64,000 nt of DNA, taken from positions 29,140,001 to 29,204,000 of the forward strand of contig NC_043018.1 of assembly GCF_006345805.1 (NCBI RefSeq), given 5' to 3'. The notes below the pieces were generated by a model that saw only the letters and a program-made list of their open reading frames with translations, had not been told where the DNA came from and did no database searches. Positions 37,079 through 50,630 of the stretch are shown piece after piece (position 1 is the first letter of the stretch; each line of letters opens with the position of its first letter). The translations under genes were made by a program, and so were the position numbers. This DNA is from Octopus sinensis. Taxonomy: Eukaryota.

Positions 37079-37635
37079 TTGATATATATATATATATATT
37101 ATATATATATTATATTATATATATATATGTATATATACATACGTGTGGTGTGATAAAAATCGACAAACTGTTGTTATTTATCACAGGTGTTTATTTCGTC
37201 TTTACCGCAAGGAGCGTACAACTCAATGAAATTTTCAAATAAAATGAGACTGGATAACGTTGTTCTGTTCGTAGGAGGAAACAGCCAGGCCGGTCTTGTG
37301 TTTGCGTTTCCCAGGTATTGCTATTTATATCGATAGGTGTGGTACTGATGGAGATAGTGGTGTAACTGGTGAACATTTGAGTGAACTATTTAGTGAACAT
37401 TATAGTGGACACTGGTTTATTTTGAATATAGTGATTGTGGTGATAGCGTTGGTGGATATAGTAGCTCTCACTGTGATCAACGTAGAGGTGGTTGTGACAG
37501 TGGTGGTGGTGCCTGTCCTTATAGTGGTGGTTGTTGTCGTGTTGCAGGTGATGGTGGTCGTTGATTTGGTAGTGGTGGTGGTGGTTGTGGGTGTGGTGGC
37601 AATTGTGTTAGTGTTGGGCTTTACTCTTTATATAT

Positions 37636-37711
<76 letters not shown>

Positions 37712-38234
37712 ATTTATGTTCACTATGTTGTGTGTGGATGTTGCTCTGCTTGTGTGCGTACATACGGGTATGTTTATAAGTGCGATTTCATGTTATGAGA
37801 GAACAGGGTTAGGGTAGGAAAATGTGCGAGAAAAATATTAAGCGATGCAAATAATATTCACCAAATAAACTCAATCGGATGATCAATGAAAATTCCTTCC
37901 CTCAATTCAAGTGTGAGCATATTAACAGCCAATTGGAAATTTCCAATGGAACGTTGTTTTGGCTACAGCATGATTTTATATATGTGGATGTATGTGCAAA
38001 TATATGCATTCCTACGTGTATGTTTGTTTTTACATATATGCGTGTGTGTGTGTGTGTGTGTGTGTAGCAATGTTCACTTCTTCTGACGACGATGACTTTA
38101 ACAGAAGGACGGAGTGGTGTCGTTGGTGTGTGGCACATGTTAAACCGATTATTATTGGTAGAGTGGTAGTTCGTAGCAGACCATTCTTTCTCCTGGGCGT
38201 ATGTTGTGTCTGTATATGACCAACGTTTAATCTT

Positions 38235-38740
38235 ACATGGAATATTGGTTTCAAATTTTGGTACTAGACTAGCAATTTCAGGAGAGAGAGTAAGTCGATC
38301 ATATCAACTCTAGTGGTAACTGGCACTTATTATATCGACCTCCGAAGGATAAAATGGAAAAGTTGAGATCACGTGGATTTGAATTCTGAACGTAAGTGTG
38401 GACGAAATGCTGCTATGCATTTTCCTTTTATGCTATTTTGCAAGTTTGCTGCTTTAAACTAGCACTTAATATTTCGGTCATTTTCAGGCGGCGAGCTGCC
38501 GGGCAAAAGATTTAACGGAATTTCGTCTGTCCTCTACGTTCTGAGGTTAACTTTGTCTATCATCCTTCAGGGTCGATAAAATAAGTACAGGTGGGCAAAA
38601 TGCTCAGCGGCATTTCGTCTGTCTTTACATTCTAAGATTAAATTCCACCAGAGTCAACTTTGTATTTTATTCTTTCGGGGTCGATAAAATAATCGACTTA
38701 CCCATCTCCTGAAATTGCTGGCCTTATGCCAAAATTGAAA
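38235..38740. mobile_element. Cluster of degenerate family A SINE fragments, both orientations
   Basis: Recurrent tcggggtcgataaaat, ttctgag and gcatttcgtctgtc motifs. Confidence 0.6.
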
Positions 38741-39342
38741 TCAATATTGCCGTCATCTTTTGATGATGTCTCTATATTAACTTATTTGATCAAATTCCAA
38801 ATCGATTTCTTAACAGGATGGGCTGTCTTCTTTCTATTAGGCTGGAATTTTTTTATTTATTTTGGTCCATTGTCGAAATGTACATTTGTTGTGTCTTTTC
38901 TATAAGTTTGTCCATGGCCATTGCTCTGACGAACTCCGTCTTTTTTTTATCGATAGTAACCTCAACGTGTCACTAGATTCTCTTCCCAGGCGTATTGTTT
39001 CTCTTCTCAACTTCCTTTAAGTCACAAATCCTTATATTCTAATTGCTTCTTTCCCCGAAGTGATGCTTTCTGGAACTCACTAACCTCATCTTGTATTCTT
39101 CGGGGATCTTAAGCTTACTCAGTACCTAAAGCTTTCAGCTAATCGAAATCTTTTCCGTTTGCAGGATATCAGCAAGAACATCGAAGACTTCCACTGTGGT
39201 GTCAATGTCCGAAACTCTCATACAATTTTACAGATTATGTTAGAGGTAGCAGAGATGGAGCATGCATAAAGCAGTTGATCGACGCCAGCTTTTCTGCAAA
39301 GAATTCTTTGGAAATAATTTACGAAAGTAAATAGGCGTAGGA

Positions 39343-39545
39343 GTGGCTGTGTGGTACGTAGCTTGCTTACCAACCACATGGTTCTGGGTTCAGTCCCACT
39401 GCGTGGAACCTTGGGCAAATGTCTTCTACTATAACCTCGGGTCGACCAAAGCCTTGTGAATGGATTTGGTAGACGGAAACGGAAAGAAGCCCGTCGTATA
39501 TATGTATATATATATATATATATGCGTGTGTGTGTTTGTGTGTTT
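39343..39545 (+). mobile_element. SINE family B 5' half followed by a (GAT)n expansion (39555-39815)
   Basis: ggagtggctgtgtgg...gaagcccgtcgtata then TG and GAT repeats. Confidence 0.8.
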
Positions 39546-39657
39546 GTGTTTCATGATGATGGTGATGAAGAAATATGATGACGATATCGACGATAACGAT
39601 GATGATGATGGTGGTGGTAGATGTGATGTTGATGATGATGACGACGATGACGATGAC

Positions 39658-39708
<51 letters not shown>

Positions 39709-40373
39709 GATGATGCTGGTGCTGGTGCTGGCCATGATGATGATGATGATAACGATGCCGATGCCGATGCCGATGATGATGATGATGATTACGACGATTA
39801 CGATGATGATGATAAATGCGAATGGCAACTAGCTAGTACTTCTCATAGAACTTAAAATTTCAGTAAAGAATGCTTCAACGAAACCGGCAAGAAATTAAAG
39901 CTGAAAGCATTTCGAAACCTCAGTCGTCTAAAGGGTGACTTCCAGGTCATCAATGATTGCTTACTGCTATAACGTCTCATCAAAACACTTTATATCGATT
40001 ATCCAACTAACTGGTCATTATATATGAACACAAGGGAAGCACATTAGATGGAATCAATGCTGAAATCGATTAAATGTCTAACAGTATTATGTCTCGTATT
40101 ACCACATTCTGAGTTCACATCCCAGAGGGGAAAACATTAACAAACAACGAGAGAAAATGGTTTATAAACACGCAAACATACATATGCACAAAGAATCCAA
40201 AAGCATACTCATAATGAGAAGGCTCTTCGTTCCTACGCATGTACATGTATATACGCGTGTATGTATATGCATATATGCGTGTATGTATGTATGTATGTAT
40301 GTATGTATGTATGTATGTATGTATGTATGTATATGTACACATATATGGATTATATAGAGAGAGATACGTTAAG

Positions 40374-40826
40374 GCACATGGCTCAATGGTTAGAGCGTCG
40401 GACTCACAAGCAATAGATGGAGTGTACGATCCTCAGACCGTCCAGTTCACCCAGCTGTTAAAATGTGTTGTGACGTCACTGGTGCCAAGCTGTATCGGCC
40501 CCTTTGCCTTTCCTTTGGATAACAACAGTGGTGTGGAGAGGTGAGGCTGGTATGCATGGACGACTGCTGGTCTTTCATAAAGTACCATTACTGAACTTGT
40601 GCCTCGGAGGGGAACTTACTAGGTGCAATCACTTTGCCATCCATGACCGAAGGGGGTCTTTACCTTTTACTATATGTACATATAATGGTGTAGAGATGAT
40701 GGCTGGTATGCATGAGTGACTGCTATTTCACCATAAAAACAAACTTACCAGCCTTTTAACTCGGAGTGTAACGTTCTAGGTGCAATCCCGTGGTTATTCA
40801 CGATCTAAAGAGGTTTTTACCCTTTA
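40374..40826 (+). mobile_element. tRNA-derived SINE with duplicated 3' module
   Basis: gcacatggctcaatggttagagcgtcggactc head. The ggctggtatgcatg...ctaggtgcaatc...ttacc module occurs twice (~40540-40670, ~40695-40825). Confidence 0.6.
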
Positions 40827-40855
40827 ACCATAATATATATATATATATATTATAG

Positions 40856-40890
<35 letters not shown>

Positions 40891-41148
40891 ATATATTATA
40901 TATATTATATATATATAATAGAAATATTAAAATTACTAAGTCTCTCTAAAAGAGAACAGCGGCAGCGTTCCCGGAAAATATTAGTTATCGCCATACTAAT
41001 ATGGCATTCTTATAAAAATAAGAATAAAGCTGTCCGCTTATTAGCTCCATGAGGCCATTGCCTTAAGTTAGCTATTTCATACACAAACTGTATCCATATA
41101 ACATTCGAACAAGGGAGGTCAGTCGCTCCACACTACTTGGCCGGCAGC

Positions 41149-41186
41149 TACAGACGCGTTTCGGGGTATTGCCCCTTTTCAATGTA
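41149..41186 (-). ncRNA. Minimal type I hammerhead with U3:A8 core
   Basis: TACA-TTGAAAA-GGGG-CAATA-CCCC-GAAA-CGCG-TC-TGTA. Confidence 0.8.
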
Positions 41187-41263
41187 TTCCACCGAAGCTA
41201 GGTAAATAAAACCTTTGAACAGAGATTGTCAGAAGCGACACCTACTGGTCTGGCTACGCTGAA

Positions 41264-41299
41264 TTGAAAAGGGGCAATACCCCGAAACGCGTCTGTAGC
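41264..41299 (+). ncRNA. Second copy of the U3:A8 hammerhead, 5' strand of helix I lost at the junction
   Basis: TTGAAAA-GGGG-CAATA-CCCC-GAAA-CGCG-TC-TGTAGC; the upstream sequence differs from the left copy. Confidence 0.6.
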
Positions 41300-41460
41300 T
41301 GCCGGCCAAGTAGTGTGGAGCGACTGACCTCCCTTGTTCAAAGGTTATATGGATACAGTTTGTGTATCAAATAGCTAACTTAAGGCGATGGCCTCATGGA
41401 GCTAATAAGCGGACAGCTTTATTCTCATTTTTATAAGAATGCCATATTAGTATGGCGATA

Positions 41461-41561
<101 letters not shown>

Positions 41562-42507
41562 TATATATTCATGTATATACGTAGTATACACGACCACTAC
41601 CACACACACAAACACATTCATACATACGCCCCCCACTACACACACAGATATACACACATGTTTGTATACACTGGAACTGCTGATCCTTAAAGCCCCAAGC
41701 TGAGCAATACCGTGTGAGTTTGTTTTGATGACGGATATGAAAGAACCCGTCAGAGCAACAAAACCGTTCTGTATTTACTCATGCAATATCCGAGAATAGC
41801 GGACTTGTGGAGTTATGTCGAACATGTTTGGGCCGACTCTGTCCTGAAAATCGCCCCATTACGTAGCTTTAACAAAACAGGACAGGTGGTGTTCCTTGGT
41901 TTAATGAGTACAGCACACGAGGCGGTGTAGTAGACAAGGTTGAAAATATTGAGGGAAGACACATTCCTTACAGTCAAGCTCTCTTAGACTGTTTCAACAT
42001 CCACTTGGAAAGAAAAGTGAGGGCAGTGAGGAACGTTTATCTCCCAGTGAATTTGTGAATTTGTGATTGTGTTAGAAAGGCTTAGAGTGATTGCTCCTAT
42101 TCTTGTTAGTCGCCTGTAAACAGAAGCGCTGGAAAGAAATCACGTATCTTTAGTGGTCAAGGTATTCCTGGATCTGTGAGGTTCTTTTGTTAGCACTAGG
42201 CGGAGTTTCTGCGACATCAGGAGGACTGAATCAGTCATGTTGTCACATATTTCTAGTAATATACATACTTTTATCCAATTTCGCAGTGTTTACCATTTTT
42301 TTTTCTTCTCATGCTCCACGAATTGTTGTCTGTCCATGTGACGTCCCTCTCATCAATGCTCCGGTGGCTAATAAAAAATCATCATCATCATCATTATTAT
42401 TATTATTATTATTGTTGTTGTTATTATTATTATTGTTGTTGTTGTTATTATTATTATTATTATTGTTATTACTATTATTATTATTATGTTTATTAATATT
42501 ATCATTA

Positions 42508-42546
<39 letters not shown>

Positions 42547-42594
42547 TATTATTATTATTACTATTATTATTATTATGTATTAATATTATCATTA

Positions 42595-42659
<65 letters not shown>

Positions 42660-43267
42660 AAATACATTCTAAATAATAACAGCATTCCTCAAGAAAAATA
42701 TATACATTTCTTATGGGAGAAACAGTCTTTTCTCACAGTTGTTTGCCTTCAGTTTTTCAGTTTTTTAAAAAAAATATTTATTTACTTATTTATTTATTTC
42801 GTTATGTTGTAGTCCAAAAACGAAAAAATAAGGCAGAAACACTACAAGACGAAAGAAACAAATGCAAAATACAGTTACAAAACAGAAGTGTTATATTGCG
42901 AACATCAAAAATATTCTGTGGAATATATAGTAACCCAAGTTCATGATATATTCCTAGAACCACCCATGTACACAGACATAAATACATACATTCATACATA
43001 CAAACATACGTACATACATACATACATACATACATACATACATACATACATACATACATACATACATACATACATACATACATACATACGTACGTACACA
43101 AATATACATACGTACGCAAATACATAATATATATATATTCATATATACAAATATCCATATATCCATATATCCATATATATATATATATTTATATATATGA
43201 TACACACATGTGAGAGAGACAGGCAAGAATGAGACAGAGAGATAGATAGATATACATATAACTATGT

Positions 43268-43310
<43 letters not shown>

Positions 43311-43553
43311 TATATATATGCATATATATGTGCATATATGTATGTATATGTGTATATACATATATTTATTCATGCCTGTATGCAAATACATAGCTGCTCA
43401 TATATACATATAGATTTGAAAATGTATTATGCACGTAGGTACATAAATGTGTGTGTATGTGGATATATATGCATATATGCATATAAGCATACATATGTAT
43501 GAATCCGCATATACTTATATAATATGAATATATATATGCATGAATGTATACAT

Positions 43554-43586
<33 letters not shown>

Positions 43587-43839
43587 AATATATATACATA
43601 TATAAATATATATATGTATATATATGTATATCATATATATATATATGTATATAAATATGTATAATAATAATAATAATGGTAATTTGTATAATATATATAT
43701 GTATGTATATATATACATATATATATATGTGTATATATATATATGCATGTATATATATACATATATATATATTATATATATATATATGTGTGTGTGTATA
43801 TGTATATGTATGTATATATATATATATTATATATATATG

Positions 43840-43885
<46 letters not shown>

Positions 43886-44501
43886 CATGTATAGCTGTGT
43901 GTCCCTATGTATGTGTATGTATGTATATATATATGTATTGATATTGTTTATGATCCTTCAAACTCTATGCTGAAAAAAAACATAGTATATTTATTCGAGT
44001 GTATACATATACACTCACACGCATATGTATATACATATATATGCATATGTACATGCATATATATATAAATATATATATATGTATGTATGTATGTATATAC
44101 ACATATATATATATGCATATATATATGTATATATGCATATAAGGAGAGAGAGATATTATTAATGCATACCCGCAGGAGACACACAACGTACACGTACGTA
44201 TGTTTATATTTATGTATGTATTTTCATATTTATGTACACTTCTCTGTATGTATGTGTACTTATATAAACACGTATGTGGGTGTATATATGCATATATATA
44301 TATATTAATGTATAATTTTTCTTACTTACAGATGAGAAATCATGATTTTAAATGTTCGTTTCCATTCCTGCATTTTTCTTTCAATTTCTATATTTACACA
44401 TTTTCAACTTGAAACTGTTCAAAGACAAATTTAGACATGAGGAATTGAAAATAACAGAATATGTAATTAGCAAAACTCATATCTCTCTCTCTCTCTCTTT
44501 A

Positions 44502-44588
<87 letters not shown>

Positions 44589-44673
44589 TAGATATATATA
44601 GAGAGAGACGCACATTTTTCGTGCGAGCGCACACACATACGCGTATACTTTTATCCGTATATATATTGCCAAT

Positions 44674-44708
<35 letters not shown>

Positions 44709-44799
44709 TAGTCTATGTTTGTGTTGTGTGTGTGTATACAAATGGGTAGGTACATATTTACACACACACATATATATGAGAATATTTTCATATGTATGC

Positions 44800-44838
<39 letters not shown>

Positions 44839-45480
44839 TACACACACATATATATATGTTTACATATATATATATATTTATACATACATATATACGCCTA
44901 TATATTTATATATATACACACCTATATCTTAACTATCACAAACGAATGCTAAGGTACGTATAGAAAAAAGGACAAGCACGTACACACATACTTACACACA
45001 TATACACGCACACACACAAAAATATACATACACGCACATGCACAAGCATGTAATTTTTTCTCCAGGCCTTCATAGTCACTGTAAATGTGTGGTAGACGGC
45101 TCTAATTTTTGTTGGACGCCTTAATGTTCTGTCGGTCCCTTATTGTGATACGCATAGTGTTTTGTAGATAAGGACGCTTTAATGATATCTTGTAATTGGA
45201 GGCGTGGTTGTCTGACGTCAGAAGCTAGGTTTTGCTTGGTGGTCAGTAAAATAGAATCAGAGGCTAAATACAATAGACTGGGCAGCATGTAGGCGTCTGC
45301 GCGGCACATGTATACGCATGCGCACACATAGAGGTATATAATTCTTCGATTATGGTTCAATGACGAGAGACAAACACGACGGACGTGAAGAAATAGAGAA
45401 AGAGAAATCCATCTCTCAACCACACACACATATATATAAATATATTATATATATATATATATATACATATATAATACATA

Positions 45481-45574
<94 letters not shown>

Positions 45575-45600
45575 ATATCTATACATAGATATATATACAC

Positions 45601-45643
<43 letters not shown>

Positions 45644-45664
45644 AGAAACAGATCCAAACGGTCA

Positions 45665-45885
45665 GCGAGCTGGTAGAGACTTTAGCACTCCGGGCGAAGT
45701 GCTTCGCGATATTTCGCACGTCGCTAGGTTCTGAGTTCAAATTCCGCCGAGGTGGACTTTGCCTTTCATCTTTTCGGGGTCGATAAATTAAGCACCAGTT
45801 ACTCTCCGGGGTCGATGTAATTGACTTAATCCGTTTGTCTGTCCTTGTTTGTCCCCTCTATGTTTAACCCCTTGTGGGTAATAAA
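45665..45885 (+). mobile_element. SINE family A, near full length
   Basis: gcgagctggtagagac...gagttcaaattccgccgagg...gtgggtaataaag. Confidence 0.8.
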
Positions 45886-46231
45886 GGACCATATACTGTT
45901 GTGTGGACGCCCCCAGACGAGGAAGTAGGCTAGCCCAATACGTAGATATATAGAGAGAAGCCTAGACGTAAGAGTAACGGTCAGAGTAGAGTAGTAGAGA
46001 GAGTTGAGTAGTAGAGACATCCGAACGTGCGACATAACCATGGCGACGAGGATTTCGTAGCTCACACTGCCACTGTGTAATATTGCGACAAAACATATAC
46101 AGACACGGTGATTGGTTGCCGAGCATTACATGAAACAGAGAGAATGAAGGAATTGTGGTTACACAATGAAAGGACCAAAATATAAGGAATGATCGAGGAA
46201 GGAGTGAGGTAATTTGCTTAATTTAAACAAG

Positions 46232-46630
46232 ACTGGAGTGGCTGTGTGGTAAGTAGCTTGCTTACCAACCACATGGTTCCGGGTTCAGTCCCAATGCGTG
46301 GCATCTTGGGCAAGTGTCTTCTACTATAGCCTCGGGCCGACCAGAGCCTTGTGAGTGGATTTGGTAGACAGAAACTGAAAGAAGCCTGTCGTATATATGT
46401 ATATATATATATATGTATGTGCGTGTATGTTTTTTGTGTGTCTGTGTTTGTCTCCCCAACATCGCTTGACAACCGATGCTGGTGTGTTTACGTCCCCGTA
46501 ACGTAGCGGTTCGGTAAAAGAGACCAATAGAATAAGTACTGGGCTTACAAAGAATAAGTCCCGATTTACTCGACTAAAGGCGGTGCTCCAGCATGGCCGC
46601 AGTCAAATGATTGAAACAAGTAAAAGAGTA
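46232..46630 (+). mobile_element. SINE family B, full length
   Basis: Both halves; ends in gaaacaagtaaaagagtaaaagag. Confidence 0.88.
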
Positions 46631-46927
46631 AAAGAGAGAGAGAGAGACTGCGCTAAGACAAATTACTCAGATTGGCCAATGCCATTTATGTGAATAACAT
46701 AGATAAGATATCATTGTATCAAGGACCTATAACCCTTTAAGGGATGCTAGCATCCTAGTTCTTTGGTTTATACCAGAGTTCAATGAAGACCAAATATATT
46801 AGTTTTGTATTGATATATACATAGGTATCTAAAATATTTATGACTGCGAAAAAGAAGAAAATGGAGAAATTGAAATGCAGGCATCAGCTAACTTAAAGAT
46901 ATTCAAACCCATATATATACGTATATA

Positions 46928-47099
46928 CAATTCATAAGTAAGGGCAAAAGAAAAAATTTCTAATGCCAAAATATACCAAAATTAGAGAACGTCAATAAGC
47001 ATGTAATTTATTACTAACGAGCACGTTAGTGACAAATTACATGGTTATTGACATTCGCTATTTTCGGCATATTTAGGCATTAGAAATATTATGAATTGT
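46928..47099. repeat. Imperfect ~170-bp palindrome (MITE-like)
   Basis: tctaatgcc...ctaacg-agca-cgttag...ggcattaga plus outer acaattcataa/ttatgaattgt. Flanks resemble 8540-8810. Confidence 0.6.
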
Positions 47100-47223
47100 T
47101 TAGACATTTAACCTTTAAAGGTATTTTTTAATATGCTGCCCATTGATATAATATTTTTCTTTTTTTCGAAAAAATGTTATCCTACATTTGATATATATAT
47201 ATGTATATATATATATATACATG

Positions 47224-47277
<54 letters not shown>

Positions 47278-47465
47278 TATATTACATATAATATATATAA
47301 TATATATATATATATATAATATATATATATATATAATATATATATAACATATATATGTATGTATGTATATATATATATGTGTGTGTGTGTGTGTATGTAT
47401 GTATATGTATAGTAAATGTCATAGAACCTGAGTTTTGGATTTATTAAAATTATCTCCGCCTCTAG

Positions 47466-47570
47466 AGTTTGTGTCATCATTTCCAAATAGTAAGACCACC
47501 TCCACAAGTATTCTGCAATGTTTAGGATGCGATTTAGAAAACGGACAGATTTACTGTTCGGAAATAAGAG
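47466..47570 (+). other. Candidate 105-nt symmetric (phase 1-1) exon, unverified
   Basis: tatctccgcctctAG acceptor, open frame EFVSSFPNSKTTSTSILQCLGCDLENGQIYCSEIR, consensus donor AG/GTGAGT at 47571. Confidence 0.35.
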
Positions 47571-48914
47571 GTGAGTCATGTACACGTGTTTCTGCCTCGA
47601 TAGTCGGCATCAGCACGACAATTGCCCAACCTCTATTCAAATAGGCAAGGACTTAGACAAACAAAGAAGAACGGAACACATTTAGGGCCGAAGTAATTTG
47701 CATAATTTATGCAAAAATGAGCTAAGAGGAATAACTGATTGGGCAAAAGAGAGAAATACAAAAAGGGCTTAAAATAAATGAAAGAGAAAGATAACGGAAA
47801 GAGTTGAGGGAAGTAAATTCAGTCAATCATGTGTCATATTTCATCTGTCGTTATCACTCCATTGCTTGTTTACCACTCACGTAGTGTATTCTTGTGTAAA
47901 AGGGATCATGAGAGTGAGACAGTGAATTAACTGAACAATGGATCAGTCAGGTTAGTGGATATGTATATTGGGGGTGTTTGAATCATATAAGAGATCTGAT
48001 ATACAGAGATCTGATGTGCCACAGGTAGATGTAAGCCAGAACAACTTCATTCTCACAAGTCGGAAAAACCCACGAGAATCAAGTCCCATTCAGTTCCGAC
48101 TAGGTGTTCCATAGCATTATCTGAGGCGGCAGAAACACTTCATATTGTGGGTGTTTACCATCTAGAAGCTGCAATGCATTCGGTATGTCTTGTTCTTTTC
48201 TGTCTACTGTAAATAGTACCCCTGTCTGAGAGAGTGCAATTAATACCTGGTGTTATATATATATATATATATTTGTAGTTTTTCTCTCTGGCATTTAGCC
48301 GACGCTAGCAATACAATAAAATAATGTCCATGCGTAAAAATATACGGAGTCGATCGGCTCCTAGCATTCGAAGGATCTACCAGCATGTCCCGAGAGATTC
48401 TTGGTTGTTGCCCTCCTCTTCAAGCAGCAGTGAAAATTCAGTAAAAATCGAAACTTCATCCGGTTCAATGGATTCATGAACCAGTATTACATAGAAGAAG
48501 CTGATCGATCAGAGCTATGGACAACATTCACAGTATATTGGCGTTGATACATCATCCGTATAGCTTCTCTCTTTGACCTCAGACAGAAAACAAAAATACA
48601 ATAATATTGTGGCTACAGCGTATACGTTCATTGGAATATAAAACCAACAGAGCAGGGGTGTGTTTCTGGAACTGGTTTAGTGATAAAAATATATAGCATT
48701 ATGGCCAAATTTCTACATGAACCAAGAGACTGGAACATGAAGTTAAAAATTCACATCGCTAAGGTAGTCTTTGCCACATCGAGCAGTGTTTATACACAGA
48801 ACATTAAATTGGCAACATGAAAATTGCTGGAGAGAAAGTTTAAAGGTGGATCTTTTAGAAAAATCCACTTTTTATTATATGAATTTTTCAAGTATATATG
48901 CGTAGGTTTCCGTG

Positions 48915-49460
48915 TGCAGTAAGAGGAATGCTTCCCATCCGCATGGTACCGGGTTCATTTCCGCTGTATATCACCTTGGGTAAGTGTTTTTTTTTTCTAC
49001 TATAGCTTCGAGCCGACCAAAGTCTTGTGAGTGGATTTGGTAGACGGAAAATAAAAGAAACCTGTCGAATATATGTATATTGTGTGTGTGTATGTGCGTG
49101 CGTGTGTGTGTACGTGTGTGTGTATGTGTGTACGTGTGTGTCTATATGTGCGTGTGTGTGTGCGCGTGTGTGTGCATGTGTGTGTATGCATGTGTAAGTG
49201 TGTGTGTGTATGTATGTGTACGTGTGTGTGTATGTGTGTGTGTGCGCCTGTATGTGTACAGGTGTGTCTGGTTGTTCTCCACCACTAGTTGACAACAGAT
49301 CGGTGTAGGAGTGTTTACTTCCCCGTAACATAGCAGTTCAACAAATCAAGGTGATAGAATACGTACCAGATATATATTGAGTATTGGTTTCGATTCTTTC
49401 GACTAAAATTCTTCAGGGTGCTGCCCCAGCATGGCCGCAGCCAAATGACTGAAACAGGCA
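48915..49460 (+). mobile_element. SINE family B with expanded internal (TG)n
   Basis: 5' half to ~49070, TG-rich run, 3' half 49280-49460. Confidence 0.75.
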
Positions 49461-49571
49461 AAAGACAAATTATATAAGACCAACAATAAGTATGAGATAG
49501 TCCTTCAGATGTTAGAAGCCCTATATCTCTTCCACTTGGCTTGATTTCCAAGGTTGTATAGAAGCCTCAAT

Positions 49572-49783
49572 GACAATTCAAAATCAGCAACATGTGGGAC
49601 AACGAGGTCTCCCACTAGTGGAACATTAGACGCAGTGCAGGAGAACAGAAAGGAAAATTAGGGATCCAATTAAATAGAAACAAAAGCAACAGCTTAAAGT
49701 CGAGAACAAGGGAGAAAATTATTGATGGCCCATGGGAATGAAGGGCGTCAGAAAGGGCTTAAGTACAATCGTCTGTACTGACG
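49572..49783 (+). repeat. Dispersed repeat, inverted partner at 52280-52482
   Basis: gacaattcaaaatcagcaacatgtggga...aagtacaatcgtctg appears reverse-complemented 2.5 kb downstream. Confidence 0.8.
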
Positions 49784-49796
49784 CGTCTGTGTGATG

Positions 49797-50230
49797 CCTT
49801 CTCGAGCCTTTTGCTTTCCAACATTTGAAAACAGTTCTGTTGATTAAAAAAGGATCTTAGCCTCTGTATGTCCTTATGTCCTTCTCTGTATGTCTTTCCC
49901 GGGCCCTTTGCTTTCCAGTGTTTGAAAACAGTTCTGTGGATTAATAAAGGATCTTATTCTCTTTATGTCCTTATGTCCTTCTCGAGCCCTTTGCTTCCCA
50001 ATGTTTGAAAACAAATTTCTTTTGATCAATAAAGGATATTAGCCTCTGTATGTCCTTACGTGATCTCTTCTCCACCTCTTCGATTTCCAAGGTTTAAAAA
50101 CAAGGTTCTATTGATCAATAAAGGAACTTAGGCTCTGATTGTCCTTAAGTGATGTTTTCTCGACATCTTCAATTTCCAGTCTTTGGAAACAGTTCGGATG
50201 ATCAATAAAGGATCTTAGCTTCTGTATGTC
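49797..50230. repeat. Diverged minisatellite, about five ~85-bp units
   Basis: Recurrent ttgctttcca..tttgaaaacagttc..gat.aataaaggatcttag.ctctgtatgtcctta. Confidence 0.85.
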
Positions 50231-50404
50231 TGCCTCCTGCTTGACACATGTTTATATAAATACATAATATCCACTGATGATGGTGTACGAGAAAAGAACG
50301 CGGCCTTCGGTTATTTTATTTCATTTTATTTATTTCTATATTTATATTTGTAGATTAAAGCATTTGGTTATTCACTCTTGAGCATCAATGGTAGTAATTC
50401 CCTA

Positions 50405-50572
50405 CCAAGTGATTCGACATCATCGCCATTATTATCGTCATCTAGATCGACATCACCATTATCAATATCATTACCACCACCACCACCACCGTCATCATCA
50501 TTATTATCATCATCACCATTATCATCGCCATCATCATCACCATCATCATCATCATCATCATCGTCGTCGTCG

Positions 50573-50630
<58 letters not shown>

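Noticed and set aside
37140-37300. Possible old mariner 5' end (tacgtgtggtgtgataaaaa)
   Set aside because: No matching right TIR or transposase remnant found.
39167-39335. Strong acceptor cttttccgtttgcAG followed by open frames
   Set aside because: No good donor, and the upstream pyrimidine-rich sequence looks like decayed LINE. Not enough support for an exon.
48350-48428. Minus-strand TTGAAGA-GGAGGG...TCCTTC-GAAT motif
   Set aside because: Core has an unpaired U3/G8 combination, no A15.1, and a mismatched helix I. At best a relic.
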